Of a stretch of DNA of 64,000 nt, positions 30,287 through 47,587 are shown piece by piece; positions within the stretch are counted from its first letter, which is position 1; each line of letters starts with the position of its first letter. A program made the translations under genes and the position numbers. The DNA lies in NCBI RefSeq assembly GCF_009914755.1, contig NC_060937.1, one strand, 5' to 3'. Under the pieces are notes generated by a model, which saw only the letters and a program-made list of their open reading frames with translations, searched no databases and was not told the origin of the DNA. Source of the DNA: the human T2T-CHM13v2.0 reference genome, Homo sapiens.

Positions 30287-31499
30287 TAAATTTTTTAAAA
30301 AATCTTCTCTGTACCTTTCCTTACATTCATCCTCATTCCCTTACACACTTCTTTTCCTCTAAGGAATTTTCTCCTCTTGTTCTCCAAGTTCTTTTCTGGC
30401 AGGCTTTATGGCCGAGCAGACATTGGAGTTTTATCTACTCTTTCATCTGCTCCTCTCTTCCGTCTGTTTTTCCAAAGCTTCCTTTCCTATGGTAATTACC
30501 ATGAAAAAAGGGGGCAAGGAGAGGGGGTTGAGGGGCCACATGGTTCTTTTGCTTAGCTTTTGTTACAAGATCACTATGGGTATATTCATGAAGTCAAAAC
30601 TTCATCTGGGGAGGTTCAATGTAATCTCCAACTCTTAAACCCTGAGTGCAGCAAGGGAGAACTAAACTAGTTTTGAAAACTGGACTAGAGCCTTCCCACA
30701 TTGTCTGTCTGTGCTAGGAAAACAAGAGAAGCCAACAGATGTGTTTATTTTATTTGTTTGATCATTTTGATCACTTTTGTTTCAAAATATTGTTAAGAAT
30801 GGTCAGAAGAGTTGACATAGGTAAAATATGTTTTTAAAATAAATACTTGAACATGATTGAATTGACTCTTTTTCTTGGAGGAAAAAATATAAAATATTTT
30901 AAAATATGTTTACATAAAAATATATATATTTTAGCATAAAGTATATCTCTTTTTAAATTATCATCATCTGTTTCTCTAATATTCACTCTTAATTAGCAAG
31001 TGGATCTTAAAGATGCTGATTTGACCGTAAAATGCAAATGGTCCACAGAAATAATCAAATTTCAAGCTTTTGTTCAAAAAATCATATGTACATTTTATTT
31101 TATCTGTACTTTCCATTTGAAAATTGAAACCACATTCATAAGGATCTTAAATGCCTCTGTTCAAAAATCTAAACTTTCTCAAAAGTTTAAATCATAGACT
31201 TGATGGATCATTTCTAGTTAATGATAGGTAATTTGTTAAAGAAGCATTGAAGGTGATTCTTAATGTCCTACTCACTTTTGCTAAGAACAAAAATCGAATA
31301 CTTTCTCTATGTTCATTTTAATGTACAATCTATTTAACAGTGGCTTATTTTTAAAGAATTTTGAGTAATTATTATTCCATGACAGGGTAAAATATATAAT
31401 ACATATGATGAATCCATCATGTATATTATAGTCTACCTTGATCATGAGAGACTTCAAGCAGGAGCAAAAACAAACAGACAAACAAACAAACAAAAAAAC

Positions 31500-32470
31500 A
31501 GAACAAAAAGACTAATAATAATGGATGCTAGTGAGGATATGAAGAAAGAGGAACCCTCATACACTGTGAGTGGGAGTGTAAATTAGTACAGCCACTAGGA
31601 ATAACAGTATGGAAGTTCCTCAAAACAACTAAAAATAGAACTACCATAAGATCCAGCAATCTCGCGGCTGGGTATATATCCAAAAGAAAGAAAATCAGTA
31701 TATCATAGAGATGTCTGCACTCCTATGTTTATTGCAGCACTATTCACAATAGCCAAGATACAGATTCAACCTAAGTGTCCATTAGTGGATGAATGGATAA
31801 AGAAAATGTGGTGGGAGGCTGAGGCAGGAGAATTGCTTGAACCTGGGAGGTGGAGGTTGCGGTGAGCCAAGATCACATCACTGCACTCCAGCCTGGGACA
31901 CGGAGTGAGACTCAGTCTCAAAAAGAAAAAAAAAAAGTGGTACATATACACAACAGGATATTATTCAGCCATAAAAAAGAATAAAATCCTGTTATTTGTA
32001 ACAACATAGGTGGAGCTGGAGGACATTTCTTAAGCAAAATAAGCTAGAAAGACAAATAAGAATTAAGGCAAGAAAGACAATTATTGTGTGTTCTCACTCA
32101 CGTGGAAGCTAAAAATGTTGCTCTAATGTAGGTGCAGAGTAGAATGATAGAGACCAGAGACTGGGAAGAGTGTGTTGGGGGAAGGGGATAAAAACAGGTT
32201 GGTTAATGGGTACAAAACTACAGTTATTACAGAAGGGATAAGATCTAGTAATTAGTAGCACAATAGAGCAAATATAGTTAACAATAATGTATTGTGTACT
32301 AGAGAAGTAGATTTGGTATGTTTCCAATACAAAGAAATGTTAAATATTTGAGGTGATGAATATCCCAGCTATACTGATTTGACCATTATACATTGCATGC
32401 TTGTATCAAAATGTCACATATACCCCATTAATGTGTACAATTATTGTGTATTCATAAAAGTTAAAAATAA
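31500..32470 (+). mobile_element. L1MA-type 3' end
   Basis: gaactaccataagatccagcaat...3' UTR ending gtgtacaattattgtgtattcataaaagttaaaaataaa. Confidence 0.8.
31812..31936 (+). mobile_element. 5'-truncated Alu (right arm only) inside the L1MA
   Basis: Starts gggaggctgaggcaggagaattgc; flanked by aaaa(t/a)gtggt duplication; the L1 resumes in register. Confidence 0.88.
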
Positions 32471-32479
32471 ACTTTTTTT

Positions 32480-33960
32480 CAAAGAATATACTATTAGATA
32501 TATTGACAAGCATTAAATGGGGAAGACATTTTGAAATAAGACACAATAGCCAGATGTCAAGATGTCATAAAGAAAAAACTGGGTAAATTTTATTACATAA
32601 AATATTAAAACCTTAATTTGATAAAAGACACTATAAATAACATTTTAAAACCAGTGGAAGGCTGAGAAAACATATTTGCAATGTAAAAAACAAAGAATTA
32701 ATAAATTAATATACAAAGAGCAACCACAAATTTTTTAATGGCATAGACTTTGATTGAATATAGGTGAAGGGTAATAGAGAAAATTCAAGGTCTGACAAAC
32801 ATATGAAAAGATCATCAACCTCATGAGTAATCAGGAAAATGCAAATGAGATCACCATTGTTGATACGATCCCCCCACCCCCAACCCCTCACTGGCAGAAG
32901 TAAAAGTTTGTTAATACACAGTTCACCAACAATGCAGGGTAATGGCTAGCGTCATATGCTAGCCATGTGGGGGACAATACAGATGTAGCCTCTTTGAAGG
33001 GTGTTTGTCCTACAGAAATATTCACATGTGTACACAGTTGTATGTACAGTATGTGTAATTTAAGAAAAGGGAAAATGTAAATAACTGAAATCTCTGACCA
33101 TAAGGGATGGAACAGAGTGCATGCTGGGGACTTGATGGAATAGAAGAGCGCTGGGACCTCAGAGGGCCTTCTATAAGGACATAGACTTTTTTCTTAACTC
33201 TTTATTTTGAGAAAACATTGTAAGAATACAGCAAAGGACTCCCATATACTCTTTAGAAGCTGATCAGTTGTTAGCATTTTGCCACGTTTGCTTCATTTCT
33301 CCATCAATCTCTTTCAGCAAACATTTTTTAAAACATATTTGAGAGTTAGTTGCATACATCATGACCCTTAATCTCCAAATACTTTTTATCAATCTCCTAA
33401 ATACAAGGGCATACTCTTATATAATAATGGTATGATTATCAAACTCAGGAAATTGAACGTTGACAAGCTACTACCGTCTAATACATTCAAATTTCACTAA
33501 ATGCCCCAACAATGCCCTTCATAGGACCCCTCTCTCCTTTCGTTCTGATCCAGGATTGCATTTAATTGTCATGTGTCTTTTGTTTCCCTGTTTCCTTTAA
33601 GCTAGAACCATTCCTCAGCCTTTGTCTTTCATAACATTAATATTTTTTAATAGTACAGGTAAGTTTTTTTGTAGGCTTTCCCTCAATTCCTGCTTGTATA
33701 AAAATTCCCTCACAATTAAATTCATTTGCATTTTTGGCAATAATGTTACATAAATACTGTGACCTCAGTGCATACTTTAGGAGACCCCAGATGTCATTCT
33801 ATTAATATCTCGTTGGTGGTGGTGTAAACTTTTGATCACTCATTTAAAATGGTTTCCCCTGCATAGGTACATTTGCTGCTTTGCAACTAATAAATCATTT
33901 ATGAGGGATATTTTGAGACTGTGTGAATATTCAGTTTCCCCAGTAAACTTTGATTCTGTA
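32480..33960. mobile_element. Ancient L1ME/L1MC fragments (plus then minus orientation)
   Basis: aaacatatgaaaagatcatcaacctc..aatcaggaaaatgcaaat (plus); ttagttgcatacatcatgaccctt...acaagggcatactcttat (minus). Confidence 0.55.
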
Positions 33961-34159
33961 GTTCCAAGGACTTTGGATTTTAAATGACTGGAAGCCACTG
34001 GAGGGTAATAGTGTGATTCTGATGTTTTAAAGAAATTACACATGAGTCTGGCAGGATCTAAACCAAATGACTAACAGTGGATTTCTACATTGTTAAGATA
34101 TTTTATCAAAAAAAAGTACATCCTTGAATTGTCTGTGTAATTTTTAAAAGGCATTTTAA

Positions 34160-34184
34160 ACACACACACACACACACACACACA
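34160..34184. repeat. (CA)n microsatellite
   Basis: About 12 perfect CA units. Confidence 0.9.
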
Positions 34185-34862
34185 AGGTCTGGAATCAGAT
34201 AGACACAGATGCAGCCCCACAACCCTTATTACTATGTAAATGGAGTGATTTTCTTAAACTCTCTGAAATTCAAGTTCCTTATCTGTAAACTGGGGATAAT
34301 ATTAATATTTATGAATTAAATAAGAAAATATTTTTTAATGTAGCCCATAAAGCATCACTAAATCCTTTTTTATTTTAAGTTTATTCATCTCATAAGTTTC
34401 CAAATGCACTCTTTACACTGGCTTCTTTTCATTAAATACGCTGGTTATTTTTTGCTGCTTAAAAATCCCATCTTCTGTCAATCCAGCTTACTTCCATCCT
34501 CCATTCAGAAGCAAACTCCTTGGAAGGCCTCCCTGTTTGCCCTGTTTTTACTTCCTCACTTCTAATTCCATTCCAGCCCTCCTCCACTCCCAGAGCAGAG
34601 CCTTTCCTAAGAGCCAGTCAACATTTTTATAACTTCAGTGACCCTTTGTCAGTCTCTTAACCATTTCTTGAAAAAGCATTTCTTTTCTCGTGGCTTCTGC
34701 TATCTTTGTCTATTTTTTTTTCTCCCAGTTCTCTGGCTGGTCCTTCCTTGTCAGATCCTTTTTCTCTTTGGCCCTTAAATGTCAGTTTTCCTCTGCCTTT
34801 GAGTGTGGGGTTAAGCAAAGATTGTATCTAGAACATTTCCATGGTGTTTCAGAAAGACTGCC

Positions 34863-35277
34863 TGATATGATTTGGATCTGTGTCCCCACCCAAATCTCAT
34901 GTTCGATTGTAAACCCCAATGTTAGAGGCGGGGCCTGGTGGGAGGTGACTGGAACATGGGGATGGTTTCCCATACTTTAACACCATCCCCCTTGGTGCTG
35001 TCATTGTGATAGTGAGTTCTCATGAGATCTGGTTGTTTGAAAGTGTATGGCACCTCCCCTGTCTCTTCCTCCTGCTCCGGCCTTGTGAAGTGCTGTGTAC
35101 CCCTTTGCCTTCTGCCATGAGTAAAAGCTCCTTGAGGCTCCCAAGAAGCAGATGCTGATGCTGTGCTTCCTGTACAGCCTGCAGAACTGTGAGCCAATTA
35201 AACCTCTTTTCTTTATAGATTACCCAGTAATCTATCTCAGGTATTTCTGTATAGGGGTGCAAGAACAGACTAATACA
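34863..35277 (+). mobile_element. MSTA-like MaLR solo LTR
   Basis: tgatatgatttggatctgtgtccccacccaaatctcatg...cagactaataca; 5-bp TSD ctgcc/ctgct. Confidence 0.9.
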
Positions 35278-36797
35278 CTGCTATTAACATTATCCATGTT
35301 GTACCTCAACATTCATTATACAGAGGTTCATCCACACTGCAAATTTCTGATGGAGCTTAGAGCTTTAAAACTTTGCCTCTCCTGACCAACTACTATGAAG
35401 TCATGTTGTCCATCACTTTCCCTCTCTGCTTTTGCTGTCAAACATTCAAAATAATGTTTTCTGCTAAAATCAGAGGGCTTTCTCATGCTAGGATTTCTAG
35501 GATAGTCATCTTCTCAATCTCTCCAACCACTTTACATTCTTACATGTTTTATATATTTTCTCTTTGTTTTCAATCTTGTTGAAATGTCTTTCTCAGTAAA
35601 AGATCCACTTATTCTATTATTAGCATCTATGGAAAGGTTTTGAAAGTAGAGGGAGTAGTTGTATACCATGTTTAGACTTAAGAGGTGTTTTTTTCCCCTT
35701 ATAATAAATAAATTTCCATATAGGTTTTGATAAATATGCAAAATTTTATTGAAAGAGATGTAACAGATATAATATCCAAATACTGTATATAGCATTTCTT
35801 CAGTTCCTTTTTCTAATAATCTGACTACAAAAGAATAAATTTTTCAGATAACTTGGGAAAACTAAGTATGGACTGGATATTAGATGATAACAAGGACACA
35901 TGGATATTTTGTTAGGTGCAATAATATTGTTGTGATTATATTTTTAAATATCCTCATAGTAGAGGGGCATGCTGAATTCTGTATAAGGAAACTGACTTAC
36001 TATCTGTCCTTTGATTTTAAAATCTTTAGTAGAGAGAGAGAGAGAGAGACAGACAGAAGGGCAGAAGAGGAAGGAAAGGAAGAAGAAAGAGGAGGGTAAT
36101 GAGGAGGAAGAGAGGAAAAGAAAAGAATCGATAAAGCAAGAGTGACAAAGTTGTAAAAATTTCAGAATCTGGGAAATGGAATATTTAGGGATTCCTTATA
36201 CTATTCTCCCTTATTTTGTATACATTTTAAAATAGTACAAAAAATTAAAAGTTAAGAATAAAATGTTAAACTTTAAAAACATCTGGCATTTCTAGGGAAA
36301 AATATGAAGTATTATCTCTAGACTCAAAGCTTAAAGTATATGCTTGTTTGGTTCAATCAAATTTGATTATGAGTAGCTTCTGATATGTGTGCCTTAGTTG
36401 GGTCCTGCTCTCATAAAATGGCCAGTGAAAAATGGACTGTTGGAAATTTACAAGAATCAGAAACTAGCTCACTCACAGCATTATTGTAAGAATTGAATTA
36501 GTTAAGATAGTTAGGAGTCTGAGAACAGTGAGAACAGCAATTCTCCATAAGCGTTGGTTATTATTATGTCTTTTAAAATATCACCGGATCCACCAGTTCA
36601 ATTTTTAGCCTCTCAATGTTTACCTTAAATCCAAGATCTGTTTCTCTAGCCCCAACATCTGCGTATCTGGCTTCTACAGCTCCTCACATATTTTCTGTAT
36701 GAATTCCCATAAGCATTACACAAGATAGGTTAGAAAGGCAAGGTACTTGGTTGATAAGACTGCTGTGGCTTTGCCTGATTTCTTTTAAACCTATGCT

Positions 36798-39700
36798 GGG
36801 GAGGGGGCCAAGATGGCTGATTAGAAGCAGCTGCGGTCTGCAGCACTCTCAGAGAGGAATGAAAGGGGTGAGTGAATTTGGCACCTTCAACTGAAATATC
36901 CAGATTCTTGCATTGGGACAGACTAGGCAAATAGCCCAACACACAGAGAACAAAGAAAAGCAGGGTGGGGCTATGGCCCACCCAGGAGCAGCACAGAGCC
37001 AAAGGAACTCCTACCCCCAGCCAAGGGAAGCAGGTAGTGATTATGTGATCCCACCTGGGAAACCATGCTTCTCCCATGGGTCTTTGCAATCAGCATATCC
37101 AGAGATCCCCTCATAAGCTGTGTGGAGTCCCAGCAGAGCAGCCAGTCGGCCACACACAGAGACCCAGGAGTTTTGCATACTCCAGCCGCAGGTTTCCTTG
37201 CAAGGTGGGAGATCCATCCCTAGGTACACCTAAAGGGGGCTGAATCCAGGGAGCCAAGCAGTCTTGTTCTGTGGGCCCCACTTCCACAGCACCTCACAAG
37301 TTAAGACCTGCTGGCTTGGAATTCCAGCCAGCCAGTGGTGACAGGTTGAAGTCTGCCTAAGATGGATTGAGTTCCCAGATGGAGTGGTGGCCACTATCTT
37401 TGCAGTTTGATCAACTCAGCTATTCCAGTCCGCTTGCTTTGGAGAGTCCAGACTGGATGAGGAAGGGTCCTCCACCATGCAGCATAGCTGTGCTACCAAA
37501 AAGCAGCCAGACTACTTCTTTAAGTGGGCCCCTGATCTCATTCCTCCTGACTGGGTGAGACCTCCCAACAGGGGTCTCCAGCCACCTCCTACAGGTACAG
37601 CTCAGGCTGGCAACAGGTCAGTACCACCCTGGGACAGAACTTCCAGAGGAAGGAGCAGGCTGCCATCTTTGCCATTTTGCAGGCTTCACTAGTGATACCA
37701 AGGCAACTAGGGCCTGGAGCAGACTCCCAGCAAACCACAGCAGCCCTACAGAAGAGTGGCCTGACTGCTTAAAGAAGAACAAACAGAAAACAACAAAAAC
37801 ATCAACAAAAAAGACCTCACAAAAACTCCATTCAAAGGCCAACAACCTCAAAGATCAAAGGTAGATGAGCCCACAGAGATGAGAAAGAATCAACACAAAA
37901 ATGCTGAAAACTCAAAAAGCCAGAGTGCCTTATCTCCTCAAAATGACCACAACACCTCTCCAGCAGGGCACAGAACTGGGCTGAGGCTGAGATACCTGAA
38001 TTGACAGAAGTAGGCTTCAGAAGATGGATAATAAAGAACTTCGCTGAGCTAAAGGAACATGTTGTAACCCAATGCAAAGAAGCTAAGCATCATGATAAGA
38101 CAATACAGGAGCTGACAGCCAGAATAGCCAGTTTAGAGAGGAACATAATTGACCTGATGGAGCAGAAAAACACAACATGAGAACTTCACAATGCAATCAC
38201 AAGTATCAATAGCAGAATAGACCAAGCAGAGGAAAGAATCTCAGAGCTTAAGACTAGCTTTCTGAAATAAGACAGGCAAATGAGAATAAATAAAAAAAGA
38301 ACAAAAAGAAAAAGAAATGAACAAAACCTCCAAGAAATATGGGATTGTGTAAAGACACTGAACCTACAACTGATTAGGGTACCTGAAAGAGACAGGGAAA
38401 ATGGAATGAAGTTAGAAAACATACTTCAGGTTATCATCTAGGAGAACTTCCCCAACCCAGCAAGACAGGCCAACATTCAAATTCAGGAACTGCAGAGAAC
38501 CCTAGTAAGATACTCCACAAGAAGATCAATTCCAAAACACATAATCATTGGATTCTCCAAGGTTGAAATGAAAGAAAAAATGTTAAGAGCAGCCAGAGAG
38601 AAAGGTGAGGTCCTCTTCAAAGGGAAGCCAATCAGACTAACGGCAAACCTCTCAGCAGAAACCCTACAAGGCAGAAAAGACTGGGGGCCAATATTCAACA
38701 TTCTTAAAGAAAAGAATTTCCAACCCAGAATTTCATATCCAGCCAAACTAAGCTTCATAAGCAAAGAAGAAATAATATCCTTTTCAGACAAACAAATTCT
38801 AAGGGAATTTGTAACCACCAGGCCTTCCTTGGAAGAGCTCGTGAAGTAAGCACTAAACATGGAAAGGAAAAACCATTACCAGTCGTGACAAAAACAAACT
38901 GATGTACACAGACCAGTGACACTATCAAGCAACCACATAAACAAGTCTGCAAAATAACCAGCTAGCATCATGATGACAGGATCAAATTCATATATCACAA
39001 TAGTAACCTTAAAGGTAAATGGGCTAAATGCCCCAATTAAAAGGCACAGAATGGCAAGCTGGATAATGAGCCAAGACCCATCAGTATGCTGTCTTCAAGA
39101 GACTCATCTCACATGCAAAGACACATATAGGCTCAAAATAAAGGGATGGAGGAAAATTTACCATGCAAATGGAAAACAGAAAAAAGCAGAGGTTACAATC
39201 CTAGTTTCTAACAAAATGGACTTTAAACAAACAAAGGTTAAAAAAAAAAAAAGACAAGGGCATTACATAATGGTAAATGGTTAAATTCAACAAGGAGAGC
39301 TAACTATCCTAAATATATATCCACCCAATACAGGAGCACCCAGATTCATACAGCAAGTCCTTAGAGACCTACAAAGAGACTTAGACTCCCACATAACAAT
39401 AGTGGGAGACTTTAACACCCCACTGACAATATTAGATCATCAAAACAGAAAATTTGCAAAGATATTCAGGACCTGAACTCAATTGTGGATCAAGAGAACC
39501 TGATAGATGTCTACAGAACTCCCCACCAAAAAACAACAGAATATACCTTCTTATCATTGCCACACAGTACTTACTCTAAAATTGTTCACATTAGCAAAAG
39601 TAAAACAGTTCTCCACAAATATAAAAGAACTGAAATCATAGCAGTCTCTCAGGCCACAGTGCAATCAAATTAGAACTCAAGATTAAGAAATTCACTCAAA

Positions 39701-42700
39701 ACCACACAACTACATGGAAATTGAACAACCTGCTCCTGAATGACTCTTGAGTAAATAAGGCAGAAACTAATGCCTTAAAACTCATAAGTTTTTTGAAACT
39801 AATGAGAACAAAGAGACGACATACCAGAGTTTCTGGGATGCAGGTAAAGCAGTGTTAAGAGGGAAATTTATATCACTTAATGCCTACATCAAAAAGCTAT
39901 AAAGATCTCAAGTTAACAACCTAAATCACAGCTAAAAGAACTACAGAACCAAGAGCAAACAAACACCAAAGTTAGCAGAAGACAAGAAGTAACCAAGATC
40001 AGAGTGGAACTGAAGAAAATAGAGACACAAAAAACCCTTCAAAAAATCAATGAATTCAGGAACTGGTTTTTTGAAAAAATTAATAAAATAGATAAACCAC
40101 TAGCTAGACTAATAAAGAAAAAAAGAGAAAAGAATCAAATAAACACAATCAGAAATGATAAGGGGGATATCAGCACTGACTCCACAGAAATACAAACAAC
40201 CATCAAAGAATACTATAAACACCTCTATGCACATAATCTAGAAAATCTAGAAGAAATGGATAAATTCCTGGACACACACACCCTTCCAAGACTGAACCAG
40301 GAAGAAATTGAATCCCTGAACAGACCAATAATGAGTTCTGAAACTCAGGCAGTAATAAATAGCCTACCAACCAAAAAAAAGCCCAGGACCAGATGGATTC
40401 AAAGCTGAATTCTACCAGAGGTACAAAGAAGAGCTACCCCCATTTCTACTGAAACTATTCCAAAAATTTGAAAAGAAAGGACTCCTCCCTAACTTTTTCT
40501 ATGAGGCTAGCATCATCCTGATACCAAAACCTGACAGAAATACAACAAAAAAAGAAAACTTCAGGCCAGTATCCTTGATGGACATTGATGCAAAAATTTT
40601 CAACAAAATACTGGCAAACCAAATGCAGCAGCACATCAAAAATCTGCTTGATCCATCACAATCAAGTTAGCTTCATCCCTAGGATGCAAGGTTGAATATA
40701 CACGAATCAATAAATGTGATTTGTCACAGAAACGGAACTAAAGACAAAAACCACAGGATTATCTCAATAAATGCAGAAAAAGCCTTTGATAAAATTCAAC
40801 ATCCCTTCATGTTAAAAACTCTCAATAAACCAAGTATTGAAGGGACATACCTCAAAATAATAAGCCATATATGACAAACCTACACCAGTATCATACTGAG
40901 TGGGCCAAAGCCGAAAGCATTCCCCTTGAAAATAGTCACAAGACAGGATGCCCTCTCTCGCCACTCCTATTCAACATAGTATTGGAAATTCTGGCCAGGG
41001 CAATCAGACAAGAGAAAGAAATAAAGCGTATTCAAATATGGAGAAAGGAAGTCAAATTGTCTTTATTCTTATATCTAGAAAATCCTATCGTCTCAGCCCA
41101 AAAGTTTCTTAAGCTGATAAGCATCTTCAGCAAAGTCTCAGGATACAAACTAAATGTGCAAAAATTGGTAGCATTCCTATACACCAACAACAGGCAAGCA
41201 GACAGCCAAATCATGAAAGAACTCTCATTCACAATTACTACAAAGAGAATAAAATACCTAGGAATACAGCTAACAAGGGATGTGAAGGACCTCTTCAAGG
41301 AGAACTACAAACTACTGCTCAAGAAAAGAAGAGACGACACAAACAAATGAAAAAACATTCCATGCTCATAAATAGGAAGAACCAATATCATGAAAATGGC
41401 CATACTGCCCAAAGTAATTTATAGATTCAATGCTATTCCTATTAAACTACCATTGACTTCTTCACAGAATTAGAAAAAAAACTATTTTAAAATTCATATG
41501 AAATCAAAAAATAGCCTGAATAGGCAAGACAATCCTAAGCAAAAAGAACAAAGCTAGAGGCACCATGCTACCCGACCTCAAACTATACTACAAGGTCACA
41601 GTAACCAAAACAACATGGTAATGGTACAAGAACAGACACATAGACCAATGGAACAGAATAGAAAACTCAGAAACAAGACCACACACCTACAACCATCTGA
41701 TCTTCAACAACCTGACAAAAACAAGCAATGAGGAAATGATTCCCTATTTAATAAATGGTGCTGGGAGAACTGGCTAACTATATGCAGAAATTGACACTGG
41801 ACCCCTTCCTTACACCATACATGAAAATTAACTCAAGATGGATTAAAGACTTAAATGTAAAACCCAAAACTATAAAAACTCTAGAAGAAAATCCAGGGAA
41901 TACCATTCAGGACATAGGCACGGGCAAAGATTTCATGACAAAAATGCCAAAAGCAATTGCAACAAAAGCAAAATTGACAAATGGGATCATTTAAATGGGA
42001 TCTAATTAAACTAAAGAGCTTCTGCACAGCAAAGAAAACTATCATCAGAGTGAACAGACAACCTACAGAATGGAAGAAAATTTTTCCAATCTATCTATCT
42101 AACAAAGGTCTAATATCCAGAGTCTACCAGGAACTTAAGCAAATTTACAAGAAGAAAACAACCCCATTAAAAAGTGGGCAAAGGACATGAACAGACACTT
42201 CTCAAAAGAGGACATACATGCAGCCATCAAACAAAAAAAGCTCAACATCAGTGATCATTAGAGAAATGCAAATCAAAACCACAGTGAGATCCTGTCTCAC
42301 ACCTGTTAGAATGGCAATTACTAAAAAGTCAAAAAACAACAAATGCTGGTGAGGTTGCAGAGAAAAAGGAATCCTTTTACACTGTTGGTGGGAATGTAAA
42401 TTAGTTCAACCATTGTGGAAGACAGTATGGTGATTCCTCAAAGACCTAGAGGCAGAAATACCATTTGACCCAGCAATCCCATTACTGGGTATATACCCAA
42501 AGGAATATAAATCATCCTGTTATAAAGATACATGCATGTGCATGTTCACTGCAGCACTATACACAATAGCAAAGACATGGAATCAACATAAATGCCCATC
42601 AATGATAGACTGGATAAAGAAAATGTGGTACATATATACCATGGAATACTATGCAGCCATAAAAAGGAATGAGATCATGTCCTTTGGGACACAGATGGAG

Positions 42701-43003
42701 TTGGAAGCCATTATCCTCAGCAAACTAATGCAGGAACAGAAAGCTAAACACCACATGTTCTCATTTATAAGTGGGAGCTGAATGATGAGAACCCATGGAC
42801 ACATGGCAGGGAACAACACACATTAGGGCCTGTCAGTGGGTAAGGGGTGGGAGAGCATCAGGAAGAACAGCTAACACATGCTGGGCTTAATACCTAGGTG
42901 ATGGGATGATCCAGCAAACCACCATGGCACACATTTACCTATGTAACTAACCTGCACATCCTGCACATGTACCCCTGAACTTAAAATAAAAGTTGAAAAA
43001 AAA
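36798..43003 (+). mobile_element. Full-length degenerate L1PA10-like LINE-1 (~6.2 kb)
   Basis: 5' UTR starts ggggagggggccaagatggc (YY1 motif). ORF1 remnant (MKEKMLRAAREKG). ORF2 starts at 38970 (MTGSNSYITIVTLKVNGLNAP) with EN, RT and C-terminal pieces broken by stops and frameshifts. The 3' UTR is L1PA10/11-type. Confidence 0.95.
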
Positions 43004-43239
43004 GATTTAATTTGAACTCAGGTGATCTGTTTACATATAATTATACAATGTAAAAAGATGGAGGGAAGTTTGTCATTAAAAAATGATGGCATTTGACAAT
43101 AACATAATTGCACACTTTAAATTTTAATGTTATACATTGCAACATTATCTTATAAAATAAAAACTACAATAATCTATAAAAAACCTTGAGCTGATGGTTC
43201 TGTGTTTATGTGACACATATGTCTTTAATACTGTGAAGA

Positions 43240-45444
<2,205 letters not shown>

Positions 45445-46239
45445 TTAAATCAAATTATATATCACTCATGACATTCAAAAGAAGATAAGCTGAATACAAG
45501 TAAATTTTCTTTGGTGCATTAAGAGCTACTGTTGAAGAATTAACTTTGACACAATTTCCTTTGTGGGAAAGTTTGTGTTTGGCATCATTTTGAGGCAGTA
45601 GATGATGATTGACAAATACTGTCAGAGCACCTCCTATGCACTTCAGGTGCTAATGAAAACAACAGCTGCAGGGCCTTTTAACCGCCCCAGGAACTTTGAA
45701 AGCACCATGGGAGTATGGCACAAATTTCAGCTTCAGGGATGTTGATATTATGGCATGTTGGATCTGTAGGGATATGAGGTGCATTTAGTTACAAAATTTT
45801 AGTGACAGCTTAAAATTTTAGTAGGTCTTTGCGGTTTTAAAGATGTGTGGCTAAGTATTTTGCTTAAGATAGAATGTTCGGCATTATATAGCTTAAAGAG
45901 GTATCAGAGAAAAGTAATAGTCATTGCTAAAAGAAGAAAAAGACATAGGTGTATGTGGCAAAGAAATGATGTAGAATAGAGAAACTTACTGCACTCTAAG
46001 CTGCCCTATCTGTGAGTGTAATAAGGCAAATAGCTAACATGTGTAGAGACCAGCTGTGAGCCATCTCCCTTACTCCTCATGGCACAGGAGCAGCCCTAGG
46101 AAACAGAAAGACAACAGGATCCGTTGAGAAGCAATTGATTTGGGTACAAAAAGCCCATCCTTTTGACAACGAAGCTATATTTCATATACAAACACAGGCA
46201 TGGGTATATCTAGGCATGCTGTGTGTATTTGTTGTCAGT

Positions 46240-46868
<629 letters not shown>

Positions 46869-46978
46869 TTAAGCTCATTTCTTTAGCCTCATCTACATAA
46901 TTAGAGGGATGAATAAATAATTTAGAGTATATCATACTAAGAAATACACTGAAACCATTAAAAAGAACAATGTAAGTA

Positions 46979-47587
46979 CAGCAGGTCCTCAAATAATGCC
47001 ATTTTGTTCAACATTGTTTTGTTATCATGTTGATGAGGAAAAAAAGAAATCACTTCCTGGCTGGGACCACTGACCACGTGGAGTTTGCACATTCTGCCCA
47101 TGTCTGCACGGGTTTTCCCTGGGTACTCCAGTTTCCTCTCACCTCCCAGAGAGCCGCGCATTAGGTGAGTTGGCGTGTCTGAAGTGTCCCGGTCTGGGTG
47201 AGTATGGGTGTATGACAGTGCATCCTGCAATGGGATGGTGTCCTGTCCAGGGCTGGTTCCTGCCTTGACTCTGCGCTGCCTGGAGAGGCTCCAGCCAGTC
47301 TGGACCGTAAAATGGAATAAGCAGGTAAATAATATAATTAGCTTGCTTTTATTAATCTTTCTTAAATGTGTATATCGTTTACCTTTATTTCAAATTTTAA
47401 TATGGAAAGTGTTTTGGTCTTTATTTAGAAGTTTGTTGGTTTTTCTGACCAGAAATATGCCATAGAAACTTAACTCTTATTTATATCAATCAGCCTCTGG
47501 TAAAATTAGTTTCATTACACATTGGTTTCCTTAAAGTCACAGGCAGTTTCTAAGAATCTATCCACGATGTTAAGTGAGGACTTACCA
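46979..47587 (+). mobile_element. MER6A-like (TcMar-Tigger)
   Basis: TA-flanked, ~610 bp, terminal cagcaggtcctc / gaggacttacca; internal gtggagtttgcacattct.cccatgtctgc.cgggtttt..ctgggtactccagtttcctc. Confidence 0.8.

Noticed and set aside
38568-42781. Endonuclease/RT ORF cluster as an active element
   Set aside because: Old L1 with many stops and frameshifts; cannot encode intact ORF1p or ORF2p.
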